Assembly: GCA_010093815.1 (NCBI GenBank)
Contig: ML996569.1
DNA: 64,000 nucleotides
Source: Pseudovirgaria hyperparasitica
Taxonomy: Eukaryota
Reading direction: 5' to 3' (one strand)
Of this stretch, positions 63,766 through 64,000 are shown piece by piece. The notes under the pieces are model-generated. The model ran no database searches, was not told where the DNA came from, and saw only the letters and a list, made by a program, of their open reading frames with translations. Positions within the stretch are counted from its first letter, which is position 1. Every line of letters begins with the position of its first letter. Both the position numbers and the translations under genes were made by a program.

Positions 63766-64000
63766 TATTCTTGCTGGATATACGATAATATCGAGATCGA
63801 GGATCGCATTAAATGCACGGGATAGCCAGCATATTCGACAAGCATCCCATCTTGGTCATATTAACTTCAGTACTATTTCATCAGCATTCTGTTATTCTGT
63901 AAATATTGAAAAGTTACCGGACACGAGCATTCCGACTATCCTCTTGGCAAGGGACTTACATGGTAAGGGGCGCATGGGATTAGCCGTACCCTGCTGTGAC

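Overview
Intron-containing genomic DNA of a filamentous ascomycete (Pezizomycotina, inferred from gene families, short 42-55 nt introns and RIP-like AT-rich tracts). About 22 protein-coding genes are supported: two F-box-like/DUF7730-type paralogues, a secreted GMC oxidoreductase, a Zn2Cys6 factor divergent from an SDR, a Pil1/Lsp1 eisosome protein, DJ-1/PfpI, a HET-domain protein, AIM24 head-to-head with ATM1, a secreted PI-PLC-like enzyme, two DUF6594-type membrane proteins, a DUF427 protein, two retropepsin-fold proteins (one intact, one apparently dead), two patatins (one intact, one apparently dead), and MOSC, CinA-C, EthD and BBE-type FAD oxidase genes. Non-coding elements include two diverged U6 snRNA genes, a 462-bp hAT-type element carrying an internal foldback, microsatellites and RIP-degraded tracts. 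Two signals stand out. (1) At 779-1996 a RIP-degraded array of thirteen ~43-nt GT..AG intron-like segments alternates with 63-nt or 62+10-nt exon-like spacers, which looks like a fossil micro-exon repeat gene. (2) At 35-44 kb DUF6594 membrane proteins are repeatedly paired with retroviral-type aspartic protease genes, a candidate protease-controlled membrane effector system. Gene models and family calls were made by eye; no database searches were run.
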